From: Pseudomonadota bacterium
GTDB taxonomy: Bacteria > Pseudomonadota > Gammaproteobacteria > Arenicellales > Poriferihabitantaceae
DNA length: 64,000 nt
Direction of reading: 5' to 3'
Assembly (NCBI GenBank): GCA_039029455.1
Contig: JBCCGE010000007.1
Location: forward strand, 370-64,369
Positions 1 to 8,299 of this stretch are shown in pieces. The notes under the pieces are model-generated. The model saw only the letters and a list, made by a program, of their open reading frames with translations. It had not been told where the DNA came from and made no database searches. Each line of letters starts with the position of its first letter. The first letter of the stretch is position 1. Both the position numbers and the translations under genes were made by a program.

Positions 1-1
1 T

Positions 2-1018
2 CGACCGACGATACTGCTGGTGTTTCGCGACGGAGAGACGCATCTGATTACGCCGGAGATCGACCACAACACGGCAAAAGATGCCGCCCGGGTCGATCAT
101 ATTTACCCCTGGAATGATGGTGTCGGTGACGAGTGGCGGACCCGGCTGCCGGATCTTCTGAAACGCGCATCGGTCGTCGGTGTCGAAACCGAACAGATGC
201 CGTCAATTGTCAAAAGCTATATGCAGAATCTGAATGCTGATCGGGGGTTTATCGACATCATGCCGTCACTGGCCGGCATGCGCATGATTAAATCGGGTGA
301 AGAGTTGCAGCTTGCCAGGCATGCGGGTCAGGTTGCAACCGCCATGATGGAGGCCGGTCGCGAGGCGATCGCAAGCGGCGTCCCGGAGTACGAGGTCGCG
401 ATTGCGACCAGCAATGCAGGTACGCGAACCGCCGCCGCTATTCTCGCAGAACACCATGCAGATTCATCGATGTCACCCAACACCCACTTTTTACAGATCA
501 TGGCGTCGGGTGATCAGATCACTCGCACTCATCACCGCGCTACCAATCGAATCATGAAAACCGGCGAACCCGTATTTTTGTGTTTCTGCGGCATGACCAA
601 TTTTCATCGATTCAAACTTGGCTTCGATCGCACATTCTGGATTGGCGAACCCGCAGATAAACAACAGCTGGAGATCTATCAGGTTGCCGTCGACAGTCAG
701 GCCGCCGCGCTGCGCGCACTTAAACCCGGGGTTAGTGCTGAATCTGTTCACGCTGCATATGCCGAAGTCATTCAGTCTGCGGGCTACGATTTTCCGTTTC
801 GGTGCGGGCGCGGCACCGGGTTCAGCTTTCTGGAAAAACCCCAGCTGGTGTTTGGTGACAACACGACTATTCAACCCGGTATGGTGCTTGCTGTCGACGG
901 TTCGGTGAACACCGATACATTTCGGGCACAGGTTGGCGACAGCTTCATCATCACTGAAGACGGCTTCGAAGCACTGACATTTCATGGGAAAAGCCTCGAA
1001 GATGTCACCTTACACTGA
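2..1018 (+). CDS. M24-family metallohydrolase (creatinase / Xaa-Pro dipeptidase / ectoine-hydrolase DoeA-EutD-like), 5'-truncated by window edge
   Basis: The frame is open from nt 2, with no stop before the GTG at 20 used by the ORF track. The C-terminal region looks pita-bread-like (HHRATNRIMKTGEPVFLCFCG, GMVLAVDGS, VGDSFIITEDGFE). An EutA-like gene follows directly, as in ectoine-utilisation clusters. Confidence 0.7.
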   Translation, partial: RPTILLVFRDGETHLITPEIDHNTAKDAARVDHIYPWNDGVGDEWRTRLPDLLKRASVVGVETEQMPSIVKSYMQNLNADRGFIDIMPSLAGMRMIKSGEELQLARHAGQVATAMMEAGREAIASGVPEYEVAIATSNAGTRTAAAILAEHHADSSMSPNTHFLQIMASGDQITRTHHRATNRIMKTGEPVFLCFCGMTNFHRFKLGFDRTFWIGEPADKQQLEIYQVAVDSQAAALRALKPGVSAESVHAAYAEVIQSAGYDFPFRCGRGTGFSFLEKPQLVFGDNTTIQPGMVLAVDGSVNTDTFRAQVGDSFIITEDGFEALTFHGKSLEDVTLH

Positions 1019-1090
1019 TTGACAAGATTTCGCGGCAGGATCACTATTCCCCAGATTGAACAAAGAGAAACCATACAGAGGAGACGAATC

Positions 1091-1894
1091 ATGTTTCGAC
1101 CCGGCGACACGGTGAATTCAACACCACGCACACCTAGTTTGGACGGAGGGCGGCACCATCGAGCAAAAATCGGATTCATTCTGATGTCCACCGACCTGGC
1201 TGCGGAGGCCGACTTTTTCGATATGGCGCCGAAAGATGTCGGCATCCATATCGCGCGTCTCAAAACGAACGACACCACGACAAATGAAACGCTGGCGGAG
1301 CACATTACTCACATGGCCGATGCGGCGTCCCGCGTTCAGCCCGACACGCGACCGTCGGTCATCAGCTACAGTTGCACATCCGGGTCGATCGTCAACGGCG
1401 AGCAACCTATCATGCGGGAAATAAAAAAAGGCGCGCCCTATGCCGAGCCAATGACTCTGGTGACCGGTGTGGTTGATGCACTGCGCGAGCTGGATGCACA
1501 ACGCATTGTGGTGGGAACACCCTACCTCGATGAAATTAATCAGCTCGAGGCGGAATTTCTGCACGCCAAGGGATTTGGTGTGCTCGATATTCAGGGTCTG
1601 AACCTTAAGACCGGCGTTGAATTCGGTCGTGTAACTCCCGAGTACTGGATTCAATTCGCACAGGAAATTGATCGGCCGGATGCGGACGCGGTTTTTCTCA
1701 GTTGCGGAGGTATTCGCACAGCAGAAGTTGCGGAACAAGTCGAACAGCTTATCGGCAAACCCGTCATTACCAGCAACACCGGACAGATGTGGAGCTGCCT
1801 GCGTCGCGCCGGCATTGATGATCAGATCAAGGGTTTCGGTCAGATTTTTGATCTGCCAGGCAATCGAATAGAACGACTCGATCTGGCGGCCTGA
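1091..1894 (+). CDS. Asp/Glu/hydantoin racemase-superfamily protein (maleate isomerase / arylmalonate decarboxylase / EutA-like)
   Basis: ATG at 1091 is preceded by a GGAG Shine-Dalgarno sequence; the ORF-track start at 1019 is an upstream extension. It carries the paired catalytic-Cys contexts SYSCTSGS and FLSCGGIR typical of this family. A paralog lies at 34621..35361. Confidence 0.75.
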   Translation: MFRPGDTVNSTPRTPSLDGGRHHRAKIGFILMSTDLAAEADFFDMAPKDVGIHIARLKTNDTTTNETLAEHITHMADAASRVQPDTRPSVISYSCTSGSIVNGEQPIMREIKKGAPYAEPMTLVTGVVDALRELDAQRIVVGTPYLDEINQLEAEFLHAKGFGVLDIQGLNLKTGVEFGRVTPEYWIQFAQEIDRPDADAVFLSCGGIRTAEVAEQVEQLIGKPVITSNTGQMWSCLRRAGIDDQIKGFGQIFDLPGNRIERLDLAA

Positions 1895-1908
1895 ATACTG
1901 AAGCAGAC

Positions 1909-2736
1909 ATGATTGATACAGAAAAATTCAGGCGTGACGGCATCGTTTTCCCTGCCGGGAAAATTGATGTCGATGGTTTCGAACAGGCCTACTACGACTT
2001 CCAGGAAAGTTCACAAAAGCTGCGCGGCAAAGATACGTATTTAAAGCCGCATCTGGTCAGCCCGTGGCTGGATGAACTTGTTCGACATCCGCAGATACTT
2101 GACGACGTCGAAGCATTGATCGGGCCGGATATTGTGCTGTGGGAATCTGACTGGAGCGTAAAACGCGCCGGCACCGGAGACTATGTCCCCTGGCATCAGG
2201 ATTCCCCGTACTGGAATCTGTCGAGTGACGATGTGGTTTCAGTGTGGGTCGCGATCAATGATGTCACTGTGGATAACGGCGCCATGATGGTAGTGCCGGG
2301 GACACACGCGAAGGGTCAACTCGGTGAAATTGATGCCGACGGGAATCTTCATCAGGCCTATGCCGACGGTCAGCGCACCACCGACGAAAACTGCATGTTT
2401 CCCTTCGCCCACCTGAAAACCGACTACACGGATGAGGCGGTGTCAGTAGAACTCGACGCCGGAGAGTATTCGATTCACTCCGTGCACTTGATCCATGGAG
2501 GTGGACCCAATCCGTCCGACAAGGACCGGATCGGTTTTGCCATGCGGTACATCTCCGCAGAAACACGCAACATTGGCAGCGTGGATTCAGTGACAGCGGT
2601 CAGGGGGAACTGTGACCGGGACTATTACGTATTTGAATCCAGACCAAGCGGCGATTTCGTTCCGACAGATCTGGCCGCAATGGAGGAAGCGCTGACCTAT
2701 CCGAGTGGTTTTGGCGAAGCCAAGCGAGCGCGATAG
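1909..2736 (+). CDS. Phytanoyl-CoA dioxygenase (PhyH) family Fe(II)/2-oxoglutarate oxygenase
   Basis: 275 aa. It has an HxD motif in VPWHQDSPYW and a distal His in SVHLIHGGGPN, and its length and layout are typical of PhyH/ectoine-hydroxylase-like enzymes. Confidence 0.75.
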   Translation: MIDTEKFRRDGIVFPAGKIDVDGFEQAYYDFQESSQKLRGKDTYLKPHLVSPWLDELVRHPQILDDVEALIGPDIVLWESDWSVKRAGTGDYVPWHQDSPYWNLSSDDVVSVWVAINDVTVDNGAMMVVPGTHAKGQLGEIDADGNLHQAYADGQRTTDENCMFPFAHLKTDYTDEAVSVELDAGEYSIHSVHLIHGGGPNPSDKDRIGFAMRYISAETRNIGSVDSVTAVRGNCDRDYYVFESRPSGDFVPTDLAAMEEALTYPSGFGEAKRAR

Positions 2737-3041
2737 TCCTCGTTTTGACTTCACGAGTGGTTGTTTTAACAAATTAATCAGCTAACTTTCGCGGCAGCTT
2801 CTTCAGGTAATCCTCGAAAACCTTCGTATGTCACACCTACGGATTCCGCGCCCAACAGAATCGGATCACGCCCTCAGCTTCTCGCTTAAAGACGAGATTG
2901 GCTTTCAATTAAAAGGGCCAGGGAAACCGACGGTTACTCAAAACAGCGTGCACAATCCACTATGTATGTCAATGTGTGGGCAAGGATCTCACTTATCCGG
3001 TCGCATCAATCGTTTGGAATAAATGCGCTGCGGTCAGTGTT

Positions 3042-5906
3042 TTACGTTTTTTGAAGAATTGCAGTAAGGTGGGAGTGATCGCCATCGCGATCGTAGATAA
3101 TAACTTTCGATACGTTGCGTTCTATAAAATCCAGTTCTTTAGGGCCGATAAACGGGACGGACAAAGACTGTTTTCTGAGCAAGGCCTTCACCAAATCATA
3201 AGTCGTGGGCTGGTTACGTTCTACACCAGTTGGATACGAGTGCATCAACTTTCCGGAATCATATATATTTATCTCGGAAAGAAACGAGGTGTGCAAATCC
3301 TCGACAATGTAAACGCCGCCGGATTTCAAGTGGGGAAATAGGTAGGCCAGACTGATTTGCTGTTGCGACATCGTGTGTCCGCCGTCGTCAATAATAAGGT
3401 CAAACCCCGAACCTGCGAATTCAGCAAATGCTGTCAGGTCATCCGGGTTGCGTTGGTCGACTGTGTGCATGCTTATTCGGTCAGCATTTTCCAGTTCCGG
3501 AACCAGAATATCGATACCGTAGATGTTGGCGTTAGAAAAATAATCACGCCACATAAGCAACGATGAGCCGTTGAATATTCCGATTTCCAATACTTTAGTT
3601 ATCCGATCACGATGAGGCTCAAGATGTTCTGAGTAGAAATTGGTAAATCCGTGCTGAACCTTGTCTGTTCCGTAACGCTTCCCAAGAACGGTTAAAGCAT
3701 CTATTTTCGGTTGAAACGATTGAATCGGTTCAACTTCATGAATGTGTTGAGTTTTATCGTGGGTTAACACAGGCCCATCACTTTTGGAATCTACTGAATT
3801 GGAAACCAAATCATCACTTGACGACGCCCCGGGTCGGTTTCTCAAATAGCGCGACCACATATCCTCGAAGGCGTCTTCCAAAGTGGTGGCCAACGAAATT
3901 GGATCGCATAACGAACTACTTGCCATTTTTGAACGTAGCGTGCTGTGGTAGTGCTGAATCAGTTTTTGATCTTTTGCGAGCGCAACAGCTTTTTCAACAT
4001 ACTCATCGACACTTCCCGCCACTAACTCAGAAACTCCTGCAGCAACAAGTTTAGTTGCGCTCAGACGCTCTACATACCAGTCACCTGCGAGCGTAATCAC
4101 TGGCACACCCATCCACATAGCATCGCATGTAGTCGTACCACCTGTTCTGGGAAATGCGTCCAAAGCGATATCGATTTCCTGATAAGATTTCATGTAAACA
4201 TGATGTGGTTCGTTCGCCAAAAAACTAATCCGTTGTTTATCGATTCCGCGGCGGCGGAATCTCTTTGACCAGGTTTGACGTACTTGGCCATTCGAAAACC
4301 GTCGGTCTTTAAGCACGAGTTTAGATTCCGGGCATTGCTTTAGTATGGATACCCATGCATCAATAACTGACATATTGACTTTCGATACGTTATTGAAACA
4401 ACCGAACACCACGCTTTTGACATAACCTTGCCGGGGATTTTTTCTTTTTGATGATTTGAGCGACGAATACGGGACGCCATAACAAAAACTGCATCTCGGT
4501 AACCGGTATATCGTCTCTACCGCTGGCTCCGAGGTTTTTTCAGGATGCAGTACTTCATCAGTAATCCAGTAGTCGATTGCAGACATTCCGGTACTGCCGA
4601 AATATCCAAGATATGTCGCCTGAACAGGTGCAGGTCGCAAAGCCATCACACCGAGTCGATGATTTGCGGTGTGACCGGCCAGATCAATCAGAATATCAAC
4701 CTTATCCTGCTGAATCTGTGCAGCAACATCTTTATCCGACAGGCGAAACGTTGAAAACCACCGATCTGCTACTGATTTGAGCACCTGGGTGGCATCATCT
4801 TCGCGACTGGATTCGGAATAGCAAAATATTTTGACACGCTCGCCCGAGTGCACCAGCAAAACCGGTTCAAGAAACTGGCGGACTACATGATTTCTGAAGT
4901 CCGGTGACAAGTAACCTATATGTAAAGTACGATCGAGAGTCGGATCACGTTCATGTCGCAAATTTGATTTAGCAACTGATCCACCGTGATATCTATCCCA
5001 CTCTTGCAATTCCCTGCGCATCGATTCTGCAGATTTTATTCTTGAAGCATGCAATGCAAACAGGTAGTTGCTGCGCAGCTTGGATTCGGGGCTAAGGGAT
5101 AGTGCCGCTTTGTATGCTTTATCCGACTGCCCGTATTTTCCCAGGTTGCTAAGAGCGGCTGCTTTTCCAGACTGAACTGCAAATCCTGTGAGTCCATCCT
5201 TCTCCATTTTTTTGTATATTTTCAGTGCGTCATGATCTCGCGCGCAGCTTGAATATGCATTGGCCAACATGATCAACAGCTCCGGACTTTCCGGACGCTC
5301 CTTAATGAGTGTTTTGTACTGCGACAGTGCTTTTTTGTGGCGTCCGGTTTTGGTGTGTATCTCAGCAAGTCCTGTTCTCGCGCTAAGATTTTCCCGATCG
5401 ATTTTCAAAGCGCTCTGAAATGCAGCCCCGGCATGATCGAATTCTTCAAGTAAGTGATAACACCTACCCAGGCCGAGGTGACCGCTGAGCAGATGTCGAT
5501 CAAGCTCAATCGCGGCTTTGAACTGATCAATCGCAGACTCTAATTTGTCTAGCTTTTCCATAACCAACCCATAGTTGGCATAGGTTAACGCTAGATTTGG
5601 ATTGAGAGTGAGAGCCTTTTTGTGATGTCTGGCAGCTGCATCTAATTTGCCAAGAGAAGATAAGACCACACCGAGATTGTCGTGGGCCACTGCATTTTGC
5701 GGACCCAGTTCAACTGCCTTTTTTAACGTCGATGCCGCCTCATCCAGCAGACCCAAACGATGTTGTGTTGCCCCAAGATTTACAAGCAATGACTGATTCG
5801 TAGGATCAAGCGCGGATAACTGTTTATAACAAAGATGCGCCTGCTCATAGTTTCCGGCGGAAAAATGATTTTCAGCTTGGCGAGATTTTGTGTCGGATTC
5901 CGTCAA
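3042..5906 (-). CDS. Three-module protein: N-terminal TPR repeats + GT41 (O-GlcNAc transferase / SPINDLY-like) glycosyltransferase + C-terminal class I SAM-dependent methyltransferase
   Basis: 954 aa. About 8 TPR-like units occupy roughly aa 10-290. GT41 hallmarks are ILIDLAGHTANHRLGVMALRPAPVQATYLGYFGSTG and RTGGTTTCDAMWMGVPVITLAG. A Ser/Asp linker is followed by a methyltransferase fold (VLEIGIFNGSSLLMWRDYF, LIIDDGGHTMSQQQ, GGVYIVEDLH). The only possible start is TTG at 5906, because a stop lies 2 codons upstream, and it has no clear Shine-Dalgarno sequence. Confidence 0.85.
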   Translation of the reverse strand: MTESDTKSRQAENHFSAGNYEQAHLCYKQLSALDPTNQSLLVNLGATQHRLGLLDEAASTLKKAVELGPQNAVAHDNLGVVLSSLGKLDAAARHHKKALTLNPNLALTYANYGLVMEKLDKLESAIDQFKAAIELDRHLLSGHLGLGRCYHLLEEFDHAGAAFQSALKIDRENLSARTGLAEIHTKTGRHKKALSQYKTLIKERPESPELLIMLANAYSSCARDHDALKIYKKMEKDGLTGFAVQSGKAAALSNLGKYGQSDKAYKAALSLSPESKLRSNYLFALHASRIKSAESMRRELQEWDRYHGGSVAKSNLRHERDPTLDRTLHIGYLSPDFRNHVVRQFLEPVLLVHSGERVKIFCYSESSREDDATQVLKSVADRWFSTFRLSDKDVAAQIQQDKVDILIDLAGHTANHRLGVMALRPAPVQATYLGYFGSTGMSAIDYWITDEVLHPEKTSEPAVETIYRLPRCSFCYGVPYSSLKSSKRKNPRQGYVKSVVFGCFNNVSKVNMSVIDAWVSILKQCPESKLVLKDRRFSNGQVRQTWSKRFRRRGIDKQRISFLANEPHHVYMKSYQEIDIALDAFPRTGGTTTCDAMWMGVPVITLAGDWYVERLSATKLVAAGVSELVAGSVDEYVEKAVALAKDQKLIQHYHSTLRSKMASSSLCDPISLATTLEDAFEDMWSRYLRNRPGASSSDDLVSNSVDSKSDGPVLTHDKTQHIHEVEPIQSFQPKIDALTVLGKRYGTDKVQHGFTNFYSEHLEPHRDRITKVLEIGIFNGSSLLMWRDYFSNANIYGIDILVPELENADRISMHTVDQRNPDDLTAFAEFAGSGFDLIIDDGGHTMSQQQISLAYLFPHLKSGGVYIVEDLHTSFLSEINIYDSGKLMHSYPTGVERNQPTTYDLVKALLRKQSLSVPFIGPKELDFIERNVSKVIIYDRDGDHSHLTAILQKT

Positions 5907-5910
5907 ACGT

Positions 5911-5943
5911 TAAATTAAAAAGTGATTGCTTCGATTCAATCAC
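5911..5943 (-). terminator. Intrinsic-terminator-like hairpin between the exported-protein gene and the TPR-GT41-MT gene
   Basis: The minus strand reads GTGATTG-aatcgaag-CAATCAC followed by TTTTTAATTT. That is a perfect 7-bp stem with an 8-nt loop and a T-run ending about 10 nt before the TTG start at 5906. Confidence 0.5.
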
Positions 5944-6077
5944 GGGACAGACCGATCAACACGAAAACGAGCAATTAGCTTTCGGTTTCTCAAGTTGCTC
6001 TAAACCGGGATACGATCCAAAGATTGGTCCGTATTACCCCAGAAAGTGATGACCCTAAAATAACATCTCTCGAGACT

Positions 6078-6731
6078 TTAAGATAACACAACGATGGAAC
6101 ACACTCCTTGTGGCGATATTTCCAGGCGGCTAAATCCATTAACTCGGGTTGTAACGAAAAATCCGGTAGGTTCCCCAAAGAGAACAACTCCTGTCTCATC
6201 ACAACACGTCACATTAGCAACATTTGAGTTAAAGAAATTGAAAGAATTTGAATCCCCGATTACGGCGGTCAGATCGATGTCATATGTTCCTGGATCGAAG
6301 GTTGAAGATCCCGTGATTGTGTAGAAACCGGAACTCCCTTGATCTGCACTGCCGAGCTGCTGACCTCCTACAATCAGAGCAACCCGGACTTCCTGAGCGA
6401 ATCCGCTCACGCTAAATGAGACCGGACAAAAAGGTTCGGTCGTTGCTGGCGGGTTTGTCGTACTATCCCCGGGAGGGTTTGTGGTATTTGTTCCTTCACC
6501 AGGCCCCCCTCCTGTGTCCGGGGAGGTAGACGCGTGCGCCGGAATCACCAACGACTCTATCACCGGTTTTTTCCATCCACTGGCGACCAAACCACCCATG
6601 GCCAATCCGCCACTGCCTGCGATCGTTCGTATCAGCTTACGCTTTGCAGAACCCGAAGGATTGTCAAAATCTTTCAATACACCGCGTCTTTTGATACTTG
6701 TATTTTCGTCGGTTTCACGCACTTTTTTCAC
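6078..6731 (-). CDS. Exported protein P1: long basic leader ending in PAHA, Thr/Pro/Gly-rich linker, Cys-containing beta-rich C-terminal domain (unknown family)
   Basis: The preferred start is GTG at 6731, with GAGGGAG 8 nt upstream. The ORF track starts at GTG 6836 (252 aa) with no Shine-Dalgarno sequence, which would add an uncharged hydrophobic N-extension. The leader is ...SAKRKLIRTIAGSGGLAMGGLVASGWKKPVIESLVIPAHA, followed by STSPDTGGGPGEGTNTTNPPGDSTTNPPATTEP. The motif is shared with the gene at 28652..28987. Confidence 0.65.
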   Translation of the reverse strand: MKKVRETDENTSIKRRGVLKDFDNPSGSAKRKLIRTIAGSGGLAMGGLVASGWKKPVIESLVIPAHASTSPDTGGGPGEGTNTTNPPGDSTTNPPATTEPFCPVSFSVSGFAQEVRVALIVGGQQLGSADQGSSGFYTITGSSTFDPGTYDIDLTAVIGDSNSFNFFNSNVANVTCCDETGVVLFGEPTGFFVTTRVNGFSRLEISPQGVCSIVVLS

Positions 6732-7082
6732 AACATTGACTCCCTCGTTAGCCTGAATATGAGTGTAGGTGAAAGTCACAAAAAGTGTCAAGCAACTGGT
6801 TGAAAGGATCAAATTGACGCCGGTCGTAGTCGACACGAGGCGTGTGCTGACGGTCGACGTGCAATGGATAAATCAGTCTGATTACGTTTTCACTCCAGTT
6901 GAAGCAGGTGAGTAGACGGTCCAATACATGGATACTGTAAAAAAGGTGGCCAGGGAAGAACAGATCGGCGGCGACACAGTAAGCACTGATCTTCCAGAGC
7001 GGTCCTTGCGAAAACAGACGATCGCGCTAAATCGTGTAAAACTACGGCTCCTTTCATCGGTAGCGCACCAAGCCCTATGAGA

Positions 7083-8285
7083 TCAGCGTTCTAACACAAA
7101 CAGACGTATCGGATCTCTGACATTTTTAAGTTCAACTTCCCCAACATCAATCCACGGCCTGTCAATCAACGACCGAAACGAACCGGAAACCACCATCGGC
7201 TTTTTCAAATCCCTGCATTTGTCCGTAATCCGGGCAGCCACATTGGCTGCGGACCCCACTACGGTGAAGTTGAGGCGCGTCCGCGTACCGATATTCCCAA
7301 ACATTACGGTACCCACATGCAGACCGATTCCATACCCCACCGGCTCCAGGTTCTTTTGAACACGCTCGCGGTTCATAGTGCCGATGGATTCAGCGGTTTT
7401 CTCAACCGCCTTCATCGCAGCCTGCGCCGCGCTTTCAGGGCTACCAAAACTTTCGAACGAAAATATGGCCATCACTGAATCCCCAATGTAGCTCAGTACC
7501 TCACCCCCCACCGACTCCACAGACCCGGCGGTGGATTCAAAAAACCCATTCAGCAACTCCAGAAAACGATCTCTCCCCAGGGATTCAGCGAGACGGGTGG
7601 ACGACCGCATATCTGAGAACCAGATTACAGCGTCAATATCTTCACCGTCTCCACGCCGCACCTGTCCCGCAAGCACCCGATAACCCGCATCGCGGCCGAT
7701 ATATGCGGTCAGTACATTTTCCGCAAGCTGTTGGTTGACCCACTGTCGGATAGCAACGGCCATGTGGGCCTGAATCCGGCGCACAACATCGCGATGATCC
7801 TCCTGCCATCCACCCGGACAGTCACAGACCCAGGTTGCGATGAATCCGTCCTCGCGCTCCATCGCAGTTGCCTGATCACCAAAAACCGTGACCTTGCCGA
7901 AGTAACCGGTCTCACCACTTGCGTGTAACCTCTCGAACAACGGGTACGGTTGCTCTTCCGCGGTGTCCTGCAGACAGTGATCAAGCTCAAAAACGAGGTT
8001 TTCCACCATATGCCGAAGTGGACTCTGGCGCCACTCGTCACTGTCAATATCCGCGGGTGTATAGGTGTCTTGTTCCAAACCGGATTCACGCGTCCACGTG
8101 ACTGACGTGCCCGAGTAAATCGGATGCAGGAGACGCACCGTAACGTGCAGCCGGGTAAGCGGCAGACCCGCTTCAGTAAGACGCACAGCGGTTTGTTCAG
8201 TAAGTGTTTGCAGCGAAAATTCGCCGAGAGCAAGTGCAAGCAGCCAACGTTCAGTCTGCTCTATCGCGTCCAGGTTGCACATCAA
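7083..8285 (-). CDS. Class III adenylate/guanylate cyclase with N-terminal sensor-like domain of unknown type
   Basis: 400 aa. The C-terminal cyclase homology domain includes VIWFSDMRSSTRLAE, LSYIGDSVMAIF, GIGLHVGTVMFGNIG and NFTVVGSAANVAARI. Confidence 0.85.
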   Translation of the reverse strand: MMCNLDAIEQTERWLLALALGEFSLQTLTEQTAVRLTEAGLPLTRLHVTVRLLHPIYSGTSVTWTRESGLEQDTYTPADIDSDEWRQSPLRHMVENLVFELDHCLQDTAEEQPYPLFERLHASGETGYFGKVTVFGDQATAMEREDGFIATWVCDCPGGWQEDHRDVVRRIQAHMAVAIRQWVNQQLAENVLTAYIGRDAGYRVLAGQVRRGDGEDIDAVIWFSDMRSSTRLAESLGRDRFLELLNGFFESTAGSVESVGGEVLSYIGDSVMAIFSFESFGSPESAAQAAMKAVEKTAESIGTMNRERVQKNLEPVGYGIGLHVGTVMFGNIGTRTRLNFTVVGSAANVAARITDKCRDLKKPMVVSGSFRSLIDRPWIDVGEVELKNVRDPIRLFVLER

Positions 8286-8299
8286 CTAATGCGAGCCTC

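Noticed and set aside
2737-3041. Small ORFs (2828..3022, 2976..3341) and a weak CTCGT/ACGAG hairpin after the PhyH gene
   Set aside because: The ORFs are short, lack a Shine-Dalgarno sequence or motifs, and one runs antisense into the methyltransferase module. The hairpin has only a 5-bp stem with a 9-nt loop, which is too weak to call a terminator.
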